Source: the human T2T-CHM13v2.0 reference genome, Homo sapiens | Direction: 5' to 3' (one strand) | DNA: 64,000 nucleotides | NCBI RefSeq assembly: GCF_009914755.1 | Contig: NC_060926.1 | In this document: positions 13,941 to 25,358 of the stretch, one piece after another | Numbering within the stretch: the first letter of the stretch is position 1 | How the letters are laid out: the number at the start of each line of letters is the position of its first letter | The notes under the pieces: model-generated | The model's input: only the letters and a program-made list of their open reading frames with translations | What the model was told of the DNA's origin: nothing | Database searches by the model: none | Program-made: the position numbers and the translations under genes

Positions 13941-14315
13941 AAAAAAAATCAATAGGTTTTTGGGGAACAGGTGGTGTTTGGTTACATGAATAAGTTCTTT
14001 AGTGGTGATTTCTGAGATTCTGGTGCACCCATCACCCAAGGAGTGTACACTGTACCCATTGTGTAGTCTTATCCCTCACCCCTCCTCCCACCCTTTCCCC
14101 CGAGTCCCAAGGTCCATGTATCATTCTTATGCCTTAGCATCCTCATAGCTTAGTTTCCACTTATGAGTGAGAACATATGATGTTTGGTTTTTTATTCCTG
14201 AGATACTTCACTTAGAATAATGATCTCCAGTTCTATCCAGGTTGCTGCGAATGCCATTATTTCATTCCTTTTTATGGCTGAGTAGTATTCCATGGTATAT
14301 ACATACACCACAATT
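13941..14315 (-). mobile_element. 5'-truncated L1 (L1PB1-like 3' end)
   Basis: CAATAGGTTTTTGGGGAACAGGTGGTGTTTGGTTACATG...ATGGCTGAGTAGTATTCCATGG. 19-bp TSD TGCTACAAGTCTTCTTTAA (13922-13940) / TGCTAAGAGTCTTCTTTAA (14316-14334). Confidence 0.9.
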
Positions 14316-14557
14316 TGCTAAGAGTCTTCTTTAAGAGGAGGGTTGATGCTGGGGATGCTAAGCAGAGGAGACTTTGGGATTGGGGATTTCCAAACCTTAT
14401 TGATCACGCAATTGCCTAGAGGAGTTTAAAAAATCATAGACTCTTGAGTTGGGGTGGGGAAGAATCTCCCACAGGTGATTCTGATGGTCATCTGGACTTG
14501 GAAACCATTGAATCGGAAGACCTTTAAGGTATGTTCAAATTCTAAATTTTGACAAAC

Positions 14558-14745
14558 TTATCTACACCAAGTGTGGCCCCCAGACTAGCAGCATCAACAT
14601 TATCTGGAAACTTACTTGAAATTCCAGTTCTTCAACCCCACCCAATACCTACTGAATCAGAAACTCTAGGGGTGGATTCTAGCAATCTGTGTATTGCTAA
14701 ATACACACGTGATCCTGATGCCTGCTCAAATCTGAGGACCACCAA
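14558..14745. mobile_element. MER5A hAT-Charlie DNA transposon
   Basis: CAAGTGTGGCCCC..AGCAGCATCA...CCTACTGAATCAGAAACTCTAGGGGTGG...GTGATCCTGATGC. A second MER5-like piece lies at ~14385-14510. Confidence 0.85.
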
Positions 14746-14822
14746 TCTTCAGTATTTATTAGTAATTCTATTTTTATTTTATATATTGGAGTCATGAGTT
14801 CCGTTGCATTTACCACCTAATA

Positions 14823-15375
14823 TGTTTTAGCCAGCCTTAAAGGTGGCCACTAGAGAATCCCAAAGGCCAAGTATTCCCTGCCTCCCACTATTTAGGCCCT
14901 TGTGTATTTCTTTCTCACGTTATCAGAGTTAGTCTATACGACCACTAGAGTACAGCAGATTGATGGTATATCAATCCTGAGGCTAGATTTTGAAAGACAA
15001 GTCTTCTGCCCTGCTCTTTCTTGGATCACATGTCCACTGCCATGTCATGAGAACACTCAGGTATCCCCACGGAGAAGCCTATGTGGAGAGAAACTGAAGC
15101 TTCCTGCCATCAGCCATTAGGAACCCAAGGCCTCCAGTCAGAAATTAGGCGACATTGTGGATGTGGATCCTCCAGCCTGAGTCAAGATTTCATATGACTG
15201 TAGGACTGGTTGACAGCTTGACTATAACCTCATGAAAAACCCTGAGCCAGAATCGCCCAGCTATGCAGCTCTTGGATTGCTGACCCTCAGGAATAGATGT
15301 CTGGATAATAAATGTTTGTTGTTCTAAACTTCTAAGTTTGGGGTAATTTGTTACATGGCAGTAGAGAACTAACAC
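14823..15375 (+). mobile_element. MaLR LTR (MLT1F-like)
   Basis: ~550 bp ending AATAAATGTTTGTTGTT...AAGTTTGGGGTAATTTGTTACATGGCAGTAGAGAACTAACA, an MLT1 3' end. Confidence 0.8.
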
Positions 15376-15485
15376 TAAACTCTTTTTCTCACATCTGCTC
15401 TGATAAATTCCACTCTTGGTCATATACGTGTTCAGACAGGAGACTCCTCAGAGAATATTTTCACAGCTAGAGAAGAAAGTGGAAT

Positions 15486-15545
15486 TTCTTCTTCTTCTTC
15501 TTCTTCTTCTTCTTCTTCTTCTTCTTCTTCTTCTTCTTCTTCTTC
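15486..15545. repeat. Pure (TTC)20 / (GAA)20 trinucleotide repeat
   Basis: 60 bp uninterrupted, counted from the sequence. Confidence 0.97.
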
Positions 15546-16313
15546 TTTTTAATGGACTTCATTTGAGCTGTAAATATGCCTCTAGCACTGACACTGAAAT
15601 TTGGTGACACATCGATTCATTCTTGGCATTTTAAATGTGTCTATGATAAAATCCCCTCAGAGGATCCTTTCAGAACCCAGTTGGGAGATATCAGGGGCAC
15701 TCCTTTAGGTCCAGTAGATGCTTTATTCTGCTTTGGCTGGACATTCTGGCTGGGACAATGGATCAACCTGAGGGAGAGGTCACATGGCCTTTTCTAGAGA
15801 TAAGTCAGAAAGAATGGCAGTTGCAGGGGATGGGGAGTAGTAGTTGAGGCTGGTGACACTTCCCTTCCAGTAAAAGAAACAGAGTGAGAGGCTAATTGGG
15901 TCTTAGTCTTTGCATTTTGTATATGTATATGTATGTGCATGCATGTGGGTTGTTCTTTCCATTTGCCATCTTGGAAGTCTTCAAAGAATTAGTGTCCAGG
16001 ACCACTGGTCAAACATTATACCTTTTGTTGGTTGCTTTCCCCCTGGTTGGTATTTTCTTTTATGGAAAGGGAGCTACAGAGGAGGGATCACAGAACTGGA
16101 GAGAGGGCCAGCAAACATTCTGAGTCTCTGAGGACTAAGGCTAGTCCACGAGAAGCTGGCCTGGGTTTGTGAAGGAGGTCTCAGGTCTCAGCTCTTAAGA
16201 TTTTCTTCTGGGATTCCAAGACAGTGTCCTCTGCTGCTTCTTTCCACTGGCTGGACTCTGCCTGTAATTCAGGCAGGAGCCACCAGGTGGAGAAATGTGT
16301 AGATGACATCCTG

Positions 16314-16316
<3 letters not shown>

Positions 16317-16362
<46 letters not shown>

Positions 16363-16396
16363 ACACACACACACACACACAGACACACACACACAC
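16317..16396. repeat. Compound microsatellite (AC)20AG(AC)11AG(AC)7
   Basis: Counted from the sequence. Confidence 0.95.
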
Positions 16397-16789
16397 AGGT
16401 TCATTCATAGCAAACATTGTACATTTATGAAAGTTAGTTACCATTAATTCTCTCCTGGCCTTAGTTGCCTCATCTTTAAAGTGAAAAGGTTAAGGAAAGT
16501 GATTTCTAATGTCTGCTCTGAATTTCTAGGATTCTATAGTATTGCAGTTATAACAAGGCTTCTTTTACTTTTTAAAAACGTATTGCAGGTCCTTAAGGTT
16601 TTGGGGTCACAGCCATGTTCCCCATTCCTTCCTTTCCCACAGTTTACTTGAGCTCTCTTTGAACATCACCTACCACTCAAAGTCAGTTTCCTCAACTTCT
16701 CTGTATTTTAAAAATGTCTCTATATTTTCATTTACTTGTTTTTCTTTTTTTTTCCCCCTTAATTTTGGACACAAACTTTGTGTGCTTTC

Positions 16790-17898
16790 TTGGATTTCTT
16801 CAACTGCCTCTATTTTCTCTCGTTAGGTGCCCAGACAATTCTGAGTTTTCCCTCCTTTTCCAGGCTTGATCACACCATGGGATTTGGTTTTGTGGTGAAT
16901 GGGGATTGGATGATGCAATCCAGAAGCCCAGGGGGATTTGCTCACTGTTGGGTAAATCTTGACTGGTGGGAAATGGGAGACTGGAGGAAGATGGTCAGAT
17001 AAATCCTCCTCCTCCTTCCTGTGAATACTTTAAGGTATGATTTCTCCCTGCAAATCCTACAGAGAAGCCCAGCATGTCAAGCAAGCGTGTCTCATGAGTG
17101 ACCTGCTGTATGTCTGTGATGGTTAATTTTATGTATCAACTTGACTAGACCATGGGGTGCCCAGGTGTCTGGCTAAACATTATTTCTCGGGTGTTTCTGT
17201 GGGTGTGTTTCTGGATGAGATATGCATTTGAATCAGCAGACTGAATAAAGTAGATTGCCCTCCCTAATGTAGAAGTTCCAATCAATTGAGGGCCTGAATA
17301 GAGCAAAAAGGCAGAGGAAAAGTGAATTTGCCCTCTGTCTAACTGCTTGATCTGGGACATCAGTCTTCTTCCTTTGAACTGGTACTTACAGCATTGGAAT
17401 TCCCAGTTGTCAGGCCTTTGGACTTGGACTGTAGAACTATATTGCTGGCTTTCCCGGTTCTCCAGCTTGCAGATGGCAGATCTTGGGACTTCTCAGCTCC
17501 ATAATCACATGAACCAACTTCTTATAATAAATCTGTCTCTCAATGTGTCTCTCTCTGTGCCCCCTCCCCTGTTCTTCTCTCTCTGTCTCTCCATGTATAG
17601 ATATATAGGTCTATATGTGAGAGATCTATCTCTATATCTATGTATCTATCTCTATCTCTGTGTTGTGTTAATTCTGTTTCTCTGGAGAACGCTGACTAAT
17701 ACAGCATCTTCGCAGTTGGTGTGAAGTTGCCACTAGGATAGCAATGCGTTTCATCACAGGGCCTTCCATCTGCACATGCCTTGCTTCCATTTATTCCTCA
17801 CTTTCACTGTCCTGAGCTTGCACCCTTCCCCCACATAAAATGTCAGCACTTCAATCCTTGCCTCAGGCTCTGCTTTCTATAGGATCTAGGCCAAGACA
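16790..17898 (+). mobile_element. ERVL LTR (LTR33/LTR16 family) interrupted by an MLT2 LTR
   Basis: 3' end AATCCTTGCCTCAGGCTCTGCTTT...AGGCCAAGACA matches this family as recalled; 5' boundary approximate. Confidence 0.55.
17115..17703 (+). mobile_element. ERVL solo LTR (MLT2C/D-like)
   Basis: TGTGATGGTTAATTTTATGT.TCAACTTGACT start and CTGTTTCTCTGGAGAAC.CTGACTAATACA end (TG...CA). Confidence 0.9.
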
Positions 17899-18178
17899 CC
17901 TGGCCCGGGATGACAAAGTGTCCCTCACCTTTTTGGCCGATTATGCCACTTGAGTTCTCCTTTTAATCTTTTTCTTCCTCCTCCATATTTTATTAACCAT
18001 CCTTCCATTGTTTTGAATCTTCAACTTCTCTCTCTCTCTCTCTCTCTCTCTAGATTCTTTCCTCTTAGTCTGTAAACATTCTCAAGTATGTCCAAGGAAA
18101 ACCAAACATTCTCTTTATTAAAAGCATTTAACTCCATCTCTTCATGAACACATTTCTTATAAAAGTGCACTTACTGCC

Positions 18179-18619
18179 TGTGTTAGTTTTCTAGGGATGC
18201 CATAACAAAGTCCCACAAATTGGGTTGCTTCAGACAACAGAAATTCATTCTCTTGCAATCTTGGAGATCTGGCTTACAAAATCAAGATGTGGCAGGGCCT
18301 TGCTCCCTCTGAAGGCTCTAGGGGAGGATACTTCTTTGTCTATCCCAGCTTTTGGTAACCCAGGAGTTCCTTGACTTGTGGCTGCATCACTTCAGCCTCC
18401 ACGTCCATCTTCTGTCTTCTCTCTGTATGTCTGTGTCTTCACTTGGCATCTTTCTCTCTCTTACAAGGACACAAGTCATACTGGCTTAAGGACCAATCCT
18501 AATGACCTCATCTTAACTTGATTACACCTGCAAAGACTTTATTTTCAAATAAGGTTCTATTTCTAGGTACTGGGATGAGAATTTTGACAATTTTTGTGTG
18601 TATGATTTAACCCATAAGA
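18179..18619 (-). mobile_element. MaLR solo LTR (MLT1C-like)
   Basis: TGTGTTAGTTTTCTAGGG.TGCCATAACAAAGT.CCACAAA...GAAGGCTCTAGGGGAGGA. Perfect 5-bp TSD CTGCC at 18174-18178 and 18620-18624. Confidence 0.9.
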
Positions 18620-18624
18620 CTGCC

Positions 18625-19140
18625 TTAATGTCCTTACTGCTAACTAATTCCTTGGCTTTGTGTAGTTAGGTTTCATTCCACAGGTTTCTCCTTGTATGGT
18701 TCCCATGAAGGTCATCAATGCCAAGCTCAATGGCTTTTACTCATTCACCATCTTTGTGACTGTCCTGCAGTGTTTGTCATGATTGCCTTTTCCCTCCTTC
18801 CTGAAGCTCTCTACTACCCTCACAACCCAGTTACTGTGCACACCTGTGGCTCTGCCTGTCTTTCAGATTGCTCCACGTGTGCCCTCTTCTCTGACTTTTT
18901 CTTCATTCCCCATCTCCAATTCAAGATTCATTTTTAATACTGGGGCCTTGGTCACATTCTCTTCTTTCAACACACTATTCTCTGGCCTCCTCCCGACCTT
19001 CATGCATCAGTGCTCTCTTTTAAGTAGGGAACAGATATATCTCTCTGGCCTGTCTCCTGAGCTCAGGGCAAGCATTGCCACCGAAGAGCCTCGAAAGAAA
19101 CATATCCCCATGTATCCCAAGCACAAGACATCCTCTTTAC
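18625..19140 (+). mobile_element. L2 LINE body (RT-region remnant)
   Basis: Pyrimidine-rich L2-like sequence (GCCAAGCTCAATGG...CTGCAGTGTTTG...CCCTCCTTCCTGAA); probably continuous with ~17920-18170 across the MLT1C insertion. Confidence 0.55.
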
Positions 19141-19142
19141 TT

Positions 19143-19170
19143 ACACACACACACACACACACACACACAC
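19143..19170. repeat. (AC)14 microsatellite
   Basis: Seen directly in the sequence. Confidence 0.95.
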
Positions 19171-19471
19171 CACCCCAAACCCCATACTACCATCTATCCA
19201 TTTTCTATTTTGCGTGTATCTATGTCAGTCTTTGTGATACTGCTCAGAGACTTCTACAAATACTTGTGGTACTTTGAATATGGATAGACCCCTGAAGGAG
19301 TAGGTGAGATTAATCCAGTGAATTGTGGCTTATTGCCATTATTGTGACCCAATCTTTAGATTCACCCTATTGAGGCCTAGAGAAGTTTGATCTACACTTG
19401 ATTCTATCGTCTGAGACCTTCAAAGCAGCACCAGAACAAGCATATATATGCAGACAACTTAGGGGTATTAG

Positions 19472-19842
19472 TTTTGTGGACTGCATATTTGTGTACCCCC
19501 AAATTTGTAGGTTGAAACCCTAAATACCAGTGGGGTGGTATTTGGAGATGGGGCCTTTGGGAGGCTATTGGGTCGTGAAGATGGAGCCCTCATGATGGGA
19601 TTAGTGCCCTTATAAGATAAAATATGAAACTGCTTGCTTCCTCTCATTCTCATTCTTTCTTTCTCTCTCTCTCTGCCATGTGATGACACAGCAAGAAGAT
19701 GGCCACCTCCAAGCCAGGAAGAGGGCCCTCACCATGCTCCTGACCATGCTGGTTCCCTTCAGCAGCATGTGAAATAGATGTTTGTTGTTTAAGCCACCCA
19801 GTCTACAGTATTTTTGTTACAGAAGCCTGAACTGACTTGACA
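19472..19842 (+). mobile_element. MaLR solo LTR (MLT1A/MLT1A0-like)
   Basis: GGTATTTGGAGATGGGGCCTTTGGGAGG...GCCCTCATGATGGGATTAGTGCCCTTATAAGA...TTTAAGCCACCCAGTCT. Perfect TSD ATTAG at 19467-19471 and 19843-19847. Confidence 0.9.
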
Positions 19843-22800
19843 ATTAGGTAGCTCCAGGCCTAGTTTTAGATCAAATGAGGCCTAGGGGCATCCTTGGATA
19901 TCTTTTCTCTCATAGGTAAATATATGATCTTTACATTAATTCTGCATTTTTTTTCCCCAAAGCCTCTGGTAGAGAGCCTCCCAAATAGCCAGCTTCCTGT
20001 AAATGTAGCTGAATGGTGGAATTTGCCTGGCTGCTTCTCTTATTCAGGAAGCCTGAAAAACTGGCCCTAGAGGATCTGTAAATGGGGAGCTGCTGCAGCT
20101 TCCTGCAACTCAGCTCCCAGATCCTTCATTCCCCGCCCAGCCAGACAGCATCCTAAGGCTGATGTTTAGCGTTCGGCATTGAGGTCAAATCAGGGATGAG
20201 CTGCTTTGAATCCTTCATTTCATTGATGGAGGCAGATGTTCTGAGACATTAAGGAACATCCCCACAGTCCTCCAAGGTCTTCTTATATGGCACCTACCTT
20301 TATTTACTTTCTTATTAGAAAAGATCGCATCATTCTTAGATGGCCATTCCTGGGATAGGCAGAGAGGGAACTCTGTGTGCACCCTTCCTGCAGTGTGTTG
20401 GTGGGGGATACAGTCCCATTGCACATTTTCATCCTGTGACTTTCACCCACAGCTCTGTGGAAATGCTGCCTGGAAGAAAAGCATATCAGGGTATCGTTGG
20501 AGAGGTTGTCATGGGTGGATCCTTGGGGTCTAGAGGTCTCAGCAGAGAGACAAGGGAAAGAAGGAGTGTTCAGGGGTAGTCATGTATTGGGAAATCCAAG
20601 CCTTTGTGTGGGTATCTCCTGTGTTCATGTGGAACCCAAGAATTCTCAACTATTCTCGGGGACTCTGCTTGGACCTTATAAGGATCTGTGCCTTCCTGGA
20701 TAGCTGAAAATTGGTGTCAGTCACATTTTCAACAGCTTTTATTGGGTGCCTGCCTCTGCGTCTTGTATTGTCATAGCAGTTTACACACAGCAAGCCAGAC
20801 CAGGAGTGAAGAATTTATGTCATTTGTTATTTTCTTTTATTTGTGAATATGTGTGGGTGTGGGAGACTGGGTGCTAGACATGGGCTGAGGTCCAGGCTAG
20901 GCACAGGGAGCTGACAGCTGCAGGACATGCTAATTGGTCTGGGAACGCCTTTGGAATCTAGGGAATTGGTTTTCTGAGCCGAGGCGGGGTCCAGGCAAGG
21001 AGGCAACAGGCTGCCGGCATCACAAAGGGACCGAGGACCTCCATGTACCCAATATCTAGGTCTCATCACTCGGAGAAACATTCTCAGCTCTTGGTGACCT
21101 TGTCCTCCCTCAACATGATACTCACTGCATATGGACTCATTTGATAATTGCCACAAAGGCTTTGGCCTCAGAGGCACTTTAAGGATATAATAGTAGGAAA
21201 GGGAGGCTTGGGGAGCCAGAGAGTCACCCACACAAAGCCCCACATGTGTTCCTTCCAGAACCAGGATACACACCCAGGCTTCCTGAGGCCACATGTCCTC
21301 CCTGTGGCTGCCTGGTCATTCCCCTTCACGTAGCAGCTGTCTTGCTCCCATGTAGAATAGCAGGGCCCAGCGGCCACCTGCACCTTGCCATTCCCTCCAG
21401 CTCTGTGCTAGAAATGATGCAAGCAGGAAAATCATTTGCTTGTGGACCTACTATGTGTCAGGCACCTGCTGAACAGTAGCATTTGATGCTCTCGATGGCC
21501 TTACCATGTCGGCACTGATCTGTTGATGCTGCAGTTGAGGAGCTTTAAGCTTAGAGAGGTTAAATAGCACCTTCAAAGTCACCCAGGACATGCTGTGCTG
21601 CTGGAGGGGCTGGGACGCAGCGTAGGAGTGTGACCTCCTGAGCACGGACCGCATGGGCTGCCTTGCAACCAGCATGGTGAGGTGAGATGAGGTGAAGTAA
21701 GCTTGCAGCTCCTTGGTGCCAGCCCTCCCACAACCAGAGCTGGGCTGCAGCAGGCTCTGCCCCAGCTTACCTGGGCAAGACAGTGAGGACCGCACGGCTG
21801 GTGAGTGATACATGGAGAGCTTTGCCGCCTGCCTGACAGGCAGAAGATAAACAGCTCCCCGTTAAATCTCACTTAATGCTGATATTTATAAATTTATTCA
21901 GCTTGTGTTTACTGAATCGAGAGAATGCCTAATAACATAACGTGCTTCATCTCACATGTTCCTACTAATGAGAATGCAAGTACTGCTTAATTTTTTTTTT
22001 AACATTTCATTTGCTTTCCACTCACTCCACCCTGTTCTGTTGTTGTTGGCTTAGAGTTTAATCTGTTGCTAAACACTGGGAAGTTTGGGCTTCTCAGGTG
22101 TTAGTGAGGAGAGAGCCAAGTTGGGTCTGGGGCAGTGGCTGAACCAAGGCCTCCAAACTGTGCCCTGTCCCACATGCAGTGCTTGGTGGCCATGGAGTTG
22201 GCATACCCAAAGGATGGGCCATACTGAGGGAAAATGAAAGTCCTGGTGTCCTCTGCTGTATTTTGGGGTGGCTTCATGCATTGGATCAGGGTTGCAGTAT
22301 TTGGGGGCTTTGGGACAAAACTTTAGAGTAGAGCAGTGTCGTTGGCTTTGGACAGACAGGAGGATGGACAGAATGACCAAAGAAACATGAGCAACATTTG
22401 TGGGGTGTGGTATAGCTGTGTGTGAGGATGAGTGTGTGTGTGAGAGGGGTGGAGGGCTGCGTCTCTACCTTCATTTAATCTGCTTACTGAGTAATTTTTT
22501 TTTTTTTTTTTTAGAAAGCCTTTCCCTGGCTGCTTATTGCCCCCAAGGTCAGCTGTGCTGGCTGCTGCAGGTTCAGTTCTGGGGTACCCAGGGCAGTCTT
22601 CACCAGGCAGGAGGAGCCCTTGGAGTGGGGCAGGGAGAGATAGCAAAGAGATCAGCAAGCTCATGAGGGTGTTTGGAAATGCATTTGGCAAAGAAGTGAT
22701 GTTGGAGTGAGCTGAGATGGTCTGTGCTGGGCTTCCTTGGGTGGGGTGGGTGGGAGAGGGGAATGAGGGTGCCTGGCCTCAGAGGCCAGGTAGACAATGA

Positions 22801-23461
22801 GTCGAGTGGGGTTGGGAGGCACCAGGTAGAATTCTGGAGCAGGGAGGAGGAAGGCCGCGGAGAGGCTGTGTCCAGTGAGGCAGGACTAGGATGGGGGCAC
22901 ACAGGGGATGGGAGAATGGAGGCAGACTAAGTCTAAATCAGGGGAACAAAAACAGAATCTGGGATGAAGCAGTGGAGGAACTGAGATGGGATGCAGGCCT
23001 TCCACAACCTTTCCTTCCCCATCCTACCACGTCTTCTGTTTTCCCAGCTCCACATCCTCACATTCTATATCCACCCAGCACTAGATTTTCTTTTCGATGT
23101 CTCCTTTTTCTTCTCCTCTCCAACCAACCATATTGTGGGACTGAAGCATTCTTTCTAGTTCTAAAAAACATATAACCTTAAATATAAAAGCTGGGTAGAA
23201 TAATTCATACTTTCCCCTCAAATGCCCTGACATATCCAAACTTGTAGATAAGCTATAAATGCTTTCTTATAATTCAGCTGATGGTCCACCTACCCACGCC
23301 TGTGTCCCGTCCTTGTGTGCTGGCTGGAGGAGAGACTGTGACAAGTGAGACCAGAGTTCCCGCCCTAACGCCTCAACTTTGGACGAGCTATGGGCCTCCT
23401 GGGGCCTCATGACCAAAAGCTCTGGGCCTTCTAGCCTGCTCTGGAGGGCAGCACACTGTGT

Positions 23462-23688
23462 TCTGGGCATCTTCTGCTGGGCTGGCAAAGCAGGAGGCAG
23501 ACCAGGCTGCTGGAAGCGGCAGCTCTAGGGCAGTGCTCTCTGCCTTTATCTGGTTTGAAAGGCAGGACAAAGCTGTCTTCTATGGGGCCTGGCATCTTAG
23601 GAAAGGGACTCATGCCTTTAGACATTATCCAAGAAGCTGGGATAGGCCTGGGTAGGGCAAAGATGGAGGCTCCAGCCAAACACCAGAG
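23462..23688 (+). repeat. 227-bp direct repeat, copy 1
   Basis: Ungapped match to 25132-25358 with 8 substitutions. Confidence 0.95.
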
Positions 23689-24889
23689 GCCCAGTTTTTC
23701 TCAAGGGCAGGGAACAGATAATGTATCAAGTTTCAGTTCTGCCCATTGCTGGGTTTGTGCCCCTGATAGAGTCCTCTCCCTGTCTGGGCATCAGATTCCC
23801 TGTCCCATTAAAAGCAGATTGACACTGAATAACTAACGCAACCTCTGCAATTCCATCTATGGCCAAATTTCCACCACCACCTGCCCAGACAAGCCTAAAC
23901 CATGGTGTCTTTGCCAACACCGTCCAGACCTGCAGGGGCTGACACGGGCAGCCTTGGGAAGAAGGGCAGTTTTCTTTACCAGGACCAACATATTGGGGTC
24001 CCTCTAGTTTGCTTCTCTGAGGGTTGCGGCACAGGCGGATGTCACGGACATCAGAGGGCTTGAGTAGCAAACACCTATTTAAGGAGTGAGTTGAGAAGCC
24101 CCAAACGCAACCTCTGCTGCCGCCTTCTGTTTCCCGTCCCCCCTACCAACCCATTCAGTCCTCTCCACGTGCAGCCTGTATCCCCATCCACGCTGATACC
24201 TCCAAGGCCTATCAGGATGGTCAGCCATCCCAGCTGCTTCTGTCCCGCTGCAGCAGCAAGAACTTCCTCTGAAAGCGCCTCCACATGCCTCCCTCTGGGC
24301 GCAGCTCTGTTTGGGGCTCCTTCAGGGGAGGGGGACGGGGGTTCATCCCTTTCTTTTGTGCTGCCTCTCCCTCCCACTTCCGCTCCCCTCGCTGCTCCAG
24401 TGACCTTTCACCCCTTCCTTGGACGTCCCTCAAAGGCAGCTCCCGTGGTTAATAACTTCGGCTGGCAGCCCCACACAAAGCCAGGGCCGGAAACCATTGT
24501 CCCGGGGACAATGGCCGAGCAGCCCAATAATGAGGTGGCCACAGTGTTGTCTGACATCCCACGTTGCCCTGGCAAAGGGGGAGGGGCAGCGGGGCTCGCC
24601 ATGCCCTCGCCTCCTGGAGTTGAATTATTCCCCTCGCACATGGTGGTTCCTCCTTCTGAGGCAGCACCAGGCACCTGTGCCCTCCGGTGGCTGCATTTCC
24701 CGGGGACTGCATGCTGAGGGGATGTCACCCAGAGACCCTGACCCCCCTCAACACACAGCACCGTTGTTACTTTGCCTCATTTTCCTGCTCCCATGTCCCA
24801 GGGAGCCAGTCAGTACCGCATAGTAGGGCAATTGATCGGTTCTGGCTAATCCATAAGGGAGGGGAGATCTCAGCCTGCCACCCAATGGG

Positions 24890-25040
24890 GAGCATGTGGC
24901 ACTCTGGAAAGAGCATGTGCTCTGGAGCCAGAGGGCATGGGTTCAAGGTCTCCCTTCTACCTTTCTAGCTGTGTGACTTTGGGGAAGCTACTTGACTTCT
25001 CTGAGTCTCCACTTATTAATCCATAAAAGCAGAGGTGGGA
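24890..25040 (+). mobile_element. MIR SINE
   Basis: GCTCTGGAGCCAGA..TGGGTTCAA...TAGCTGTGTGACTTTGGGGAAG.TACTT.ACTTCTCTGAG. Confidence 0.8.
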
Positions 25041-25131
25041 TGGGAGCTGAGAGGAGGACTCTCAAAAGCAAACTCAGAGGTGAATAACTGTGACCTCCAA
25101 GAAGTCGCCATGTCCTTGCCACTCTGGTGGG

Positions 25132-25358
25132 TCTGGGCATCTTCTGCTGGGCTGGCAGAGCAGGAGACAGACCAGGCTGCTGGAAGCAGCAGCTCTAGGG
25201 CAGTGCTCTCTGCCTGTATCTGGTTTGAGAGGCAGGACAAAGCTGTCTTCCATGGGGCCTGGCATCTTAGGAAAGGGACTCATGCCTTTTGACATTATCC
25301 AAGAAGCTGGGATAGGCCTGGGTAGGGCAAGGATGGAGGCTCCAGCCAAACACCAGAG
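25132..25358 (+). repeat. 227-bp direct repeat, copy 2
   Basis: Ungapped match to 23462-23688. Confidence 0.95.

Noticed and set aside
15416-16444. Poly-Leu, CVCV and HTHT ORFs
   Set aside because: Translations of (TTC)n and (CA)n microsatellites.
24091-24717. 208-aa ORF, the longest in the window
   Set aside because: Non-ATG start, Pro/Ser/Ala-rich composition expected from GC-rich DNA, overlapping ORFs in several frames and no recognisable domain.
23462-25358. Direct repeats as the LTRs of a provirus
   Set aside because: No TG...CA termini, TSD or PBS/PPT seen; the interior contains an old MIR rather than gag/pol sequence.
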